A stretch of DNA of 16,007 nucleotides, from positions 1-16,007 of the forward strand of contig JAVHPP010000048.1 of assembly GCA_036170655.1 (NCBI GenBank). The letters are read 5' to 3'. A program made the translations under genes and the position numbers. This document shows, piece by piece, positions 14,922 to 16,007 of the stretch. The stretch comes from Candidatus Zixiibacteriota bacterium. Lineage in GTDB: Bacteria > Zixibacteria > MSB-5A5 > WJJR01. The notes under the pieces are model-generated. The model searched no databases, was not told the origin of the DNA, and saw nothing but the letters and a program-made list of their open reading frames with translations. The stretch's first letter is position 1. Every line of letters begins with the position of its first letter.

Positions 14922-15019
14922 ATCGCTGGGCGGTCAACTGACCCCGCCATATTTATCAGTTGCGCGGTTATTTTGTTGCAGGTTCTTAGTAGCGCGGCCC
15001 ACTTGATCGGGCGCCGGAT

Positions 15020-15988
15020 ATGACGCAATCTGATCACACAACCCATCCCGCTGTCGTCGCGGAGGGCCTGTCGCACGCTTATAATGGGCGCGTTGCGCTG
15101 GCGGGTGTCAGTTTCACCGTCGCGCCGGGAGAATTGTTCGGCATTCTTGGTCCGAATGGCGGCGGCAAGACGACGATGTTCAAGATTTTATCCACGCTGC
15201 TTCGTCCGGATAGCGGGCGGGCTCGCATCTGGGGACTGGACGTCGTCTCACAGCGCGATCAGGTCCGTCATCTGATCGGCGTTGTCTTTCAGTCGCCCGC
15301 GCTCGATGTCAAGCTCACGGTGCGCGAGAATCTCCTCCATCATGGCCATCTTTATGGAATTGCCGGGCGTGCGTTGCGCGATGGCATCGACGCGTGCCTT
15401 GACCGGATGTCGCTTCGCGATCGTGCGAGCGATCTCGTGGAAACACTGTCCGGCGGCTTGCGCCGACGGGTGGAGCTGGCCAAGGCCGTCTTGACCCATC
15501 CCCGCGTTTTGCTGATGGACGAGCCCACGGCGGGATTGGACCCGGGCGCGCGCGACGATTTCTGGCATTTGATCAACACGATGCGTATGGACACCAGTAT
15601 GACTGTGATTCACACGACACATCATCTCGAAGAAGCTGACATCTGCGACCGGATCGGGATTGTCGACCGTGGACAACTGGTTGCGCTCGATTCCCCGGCC
15701 GCTCTCAAATCGGAAATCAAGGGTGAAATGGTGACACTCAAGGGCGCCGCCCTTGCGGCGCTGCAGCAACGTGTCACCACAGAGTTTGACGTCCACGCAC
15801 AGATCGAAGGCGACAGCATCCGGATTCTATCGCCCAACGGGCATGAGTTGGCGGCGCGGGTCAAGTCGGTCTTGGGCGACGCTGTCGACAGTATCAACAT
15901 CGCACGACCCACGCTGGCCGATGTGTTTCGTCAGCGCAGCGGGCATGAGTTCTGGACCGGGACAACAAAGAATGGGGAACCGTCATGA
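15020..15988 (+). CDS. ABC transporter ATP-binding protein (ABC-2 / DrrA-NodI-like exporter)
   Basis: Walker A GPNGGGKT, Q-loop VFQ, signature LSGG, Walker B LLMDEP, H-switch TTH. Confidence 0.95.
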   Translation: MTQSDHTTHPAVVAEGLSHAYNGRVALAGVSFTVAPGELFGILGPNGGGKTTMFKILSTLLRPDSGRARIWGLDVVSQRDQVRHLIGVVFQSPALDVKLTVRENLLHHGHLYGIAGRALRDGIDACLDRMSLRDRASDLVETLSGGLRRRVELAKAVLTHPRVLLMDEPTAGLDPGARDDFWHLINTMRMDTSMTVIHTTHHLEEADICDRIGIVDRGQLVALDSPAALKSEIKGEMVTLKGAALAALQQRVTTEFDVHAQIEGDSIRILSPNGHELAARVKSVLGDAVDSINIARPTLADVFRQRSGHEFWTGTTKNGEPS

Positions 15989-16007
15989 TCATGACGGCGA
16001 CACCAGA
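15985..16007 (+). CDS. Start of next CDS (truncated), probably the ABC permease
   Basis: ATGA overlap with the ATPase stop; only MIMTATP is visible; product inferred from context. Confidence 0.4.

Noticed and set aside
14740..15006. 88-aa ORF between ctaB and the ABC ATPase
   Set aside because: Its central part is the translated REP-like palindrome, and it has no protein-like features.

Overview
Moderately GC-rich bacterial window with three blocks. (1) 1-1399 (-): the 5' end of a large secreted protein with tandem ~89-aa Cys-rich repeats. It is absent from the supplied ORF track because it runs off the window, and is followed by a 1.2-kb divergent intergenic region with promoter-like sites and a Fur-box-like palindrome. 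(2) 2609-7387 (+): a compact four-gene, all-exported cluster encoding two paralogous pilin-like beta-proteins, a tandemly duplicated PapD/DUF916-like chaperone-like protein and a short stand-alone secretin. No usher, ATPase or prepilin peptidase is present in the window. This is the best candidate for an undescribed 'chaperone-secretin' surface-fibre system, and one subunit gene carries an in-frame 81-nt duplication of its RBS/start region. (3) 7815-16007 (+): an aa3-type heme-copper oxidase operon (cupredoxin-like lipoprotein, coxA, coxC, subunit IV, two small membrane ORFs, coxB, ctaA, ctaB, a REP-like palindrome, ABC ATPase). Its subunit I keeps the D-channel but lacks the canonical K-channel lysine. 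The Cys-repeat protein resembles ones I recall from Zixibacteria (unverified). All calls come from manual reading; no searches were run.
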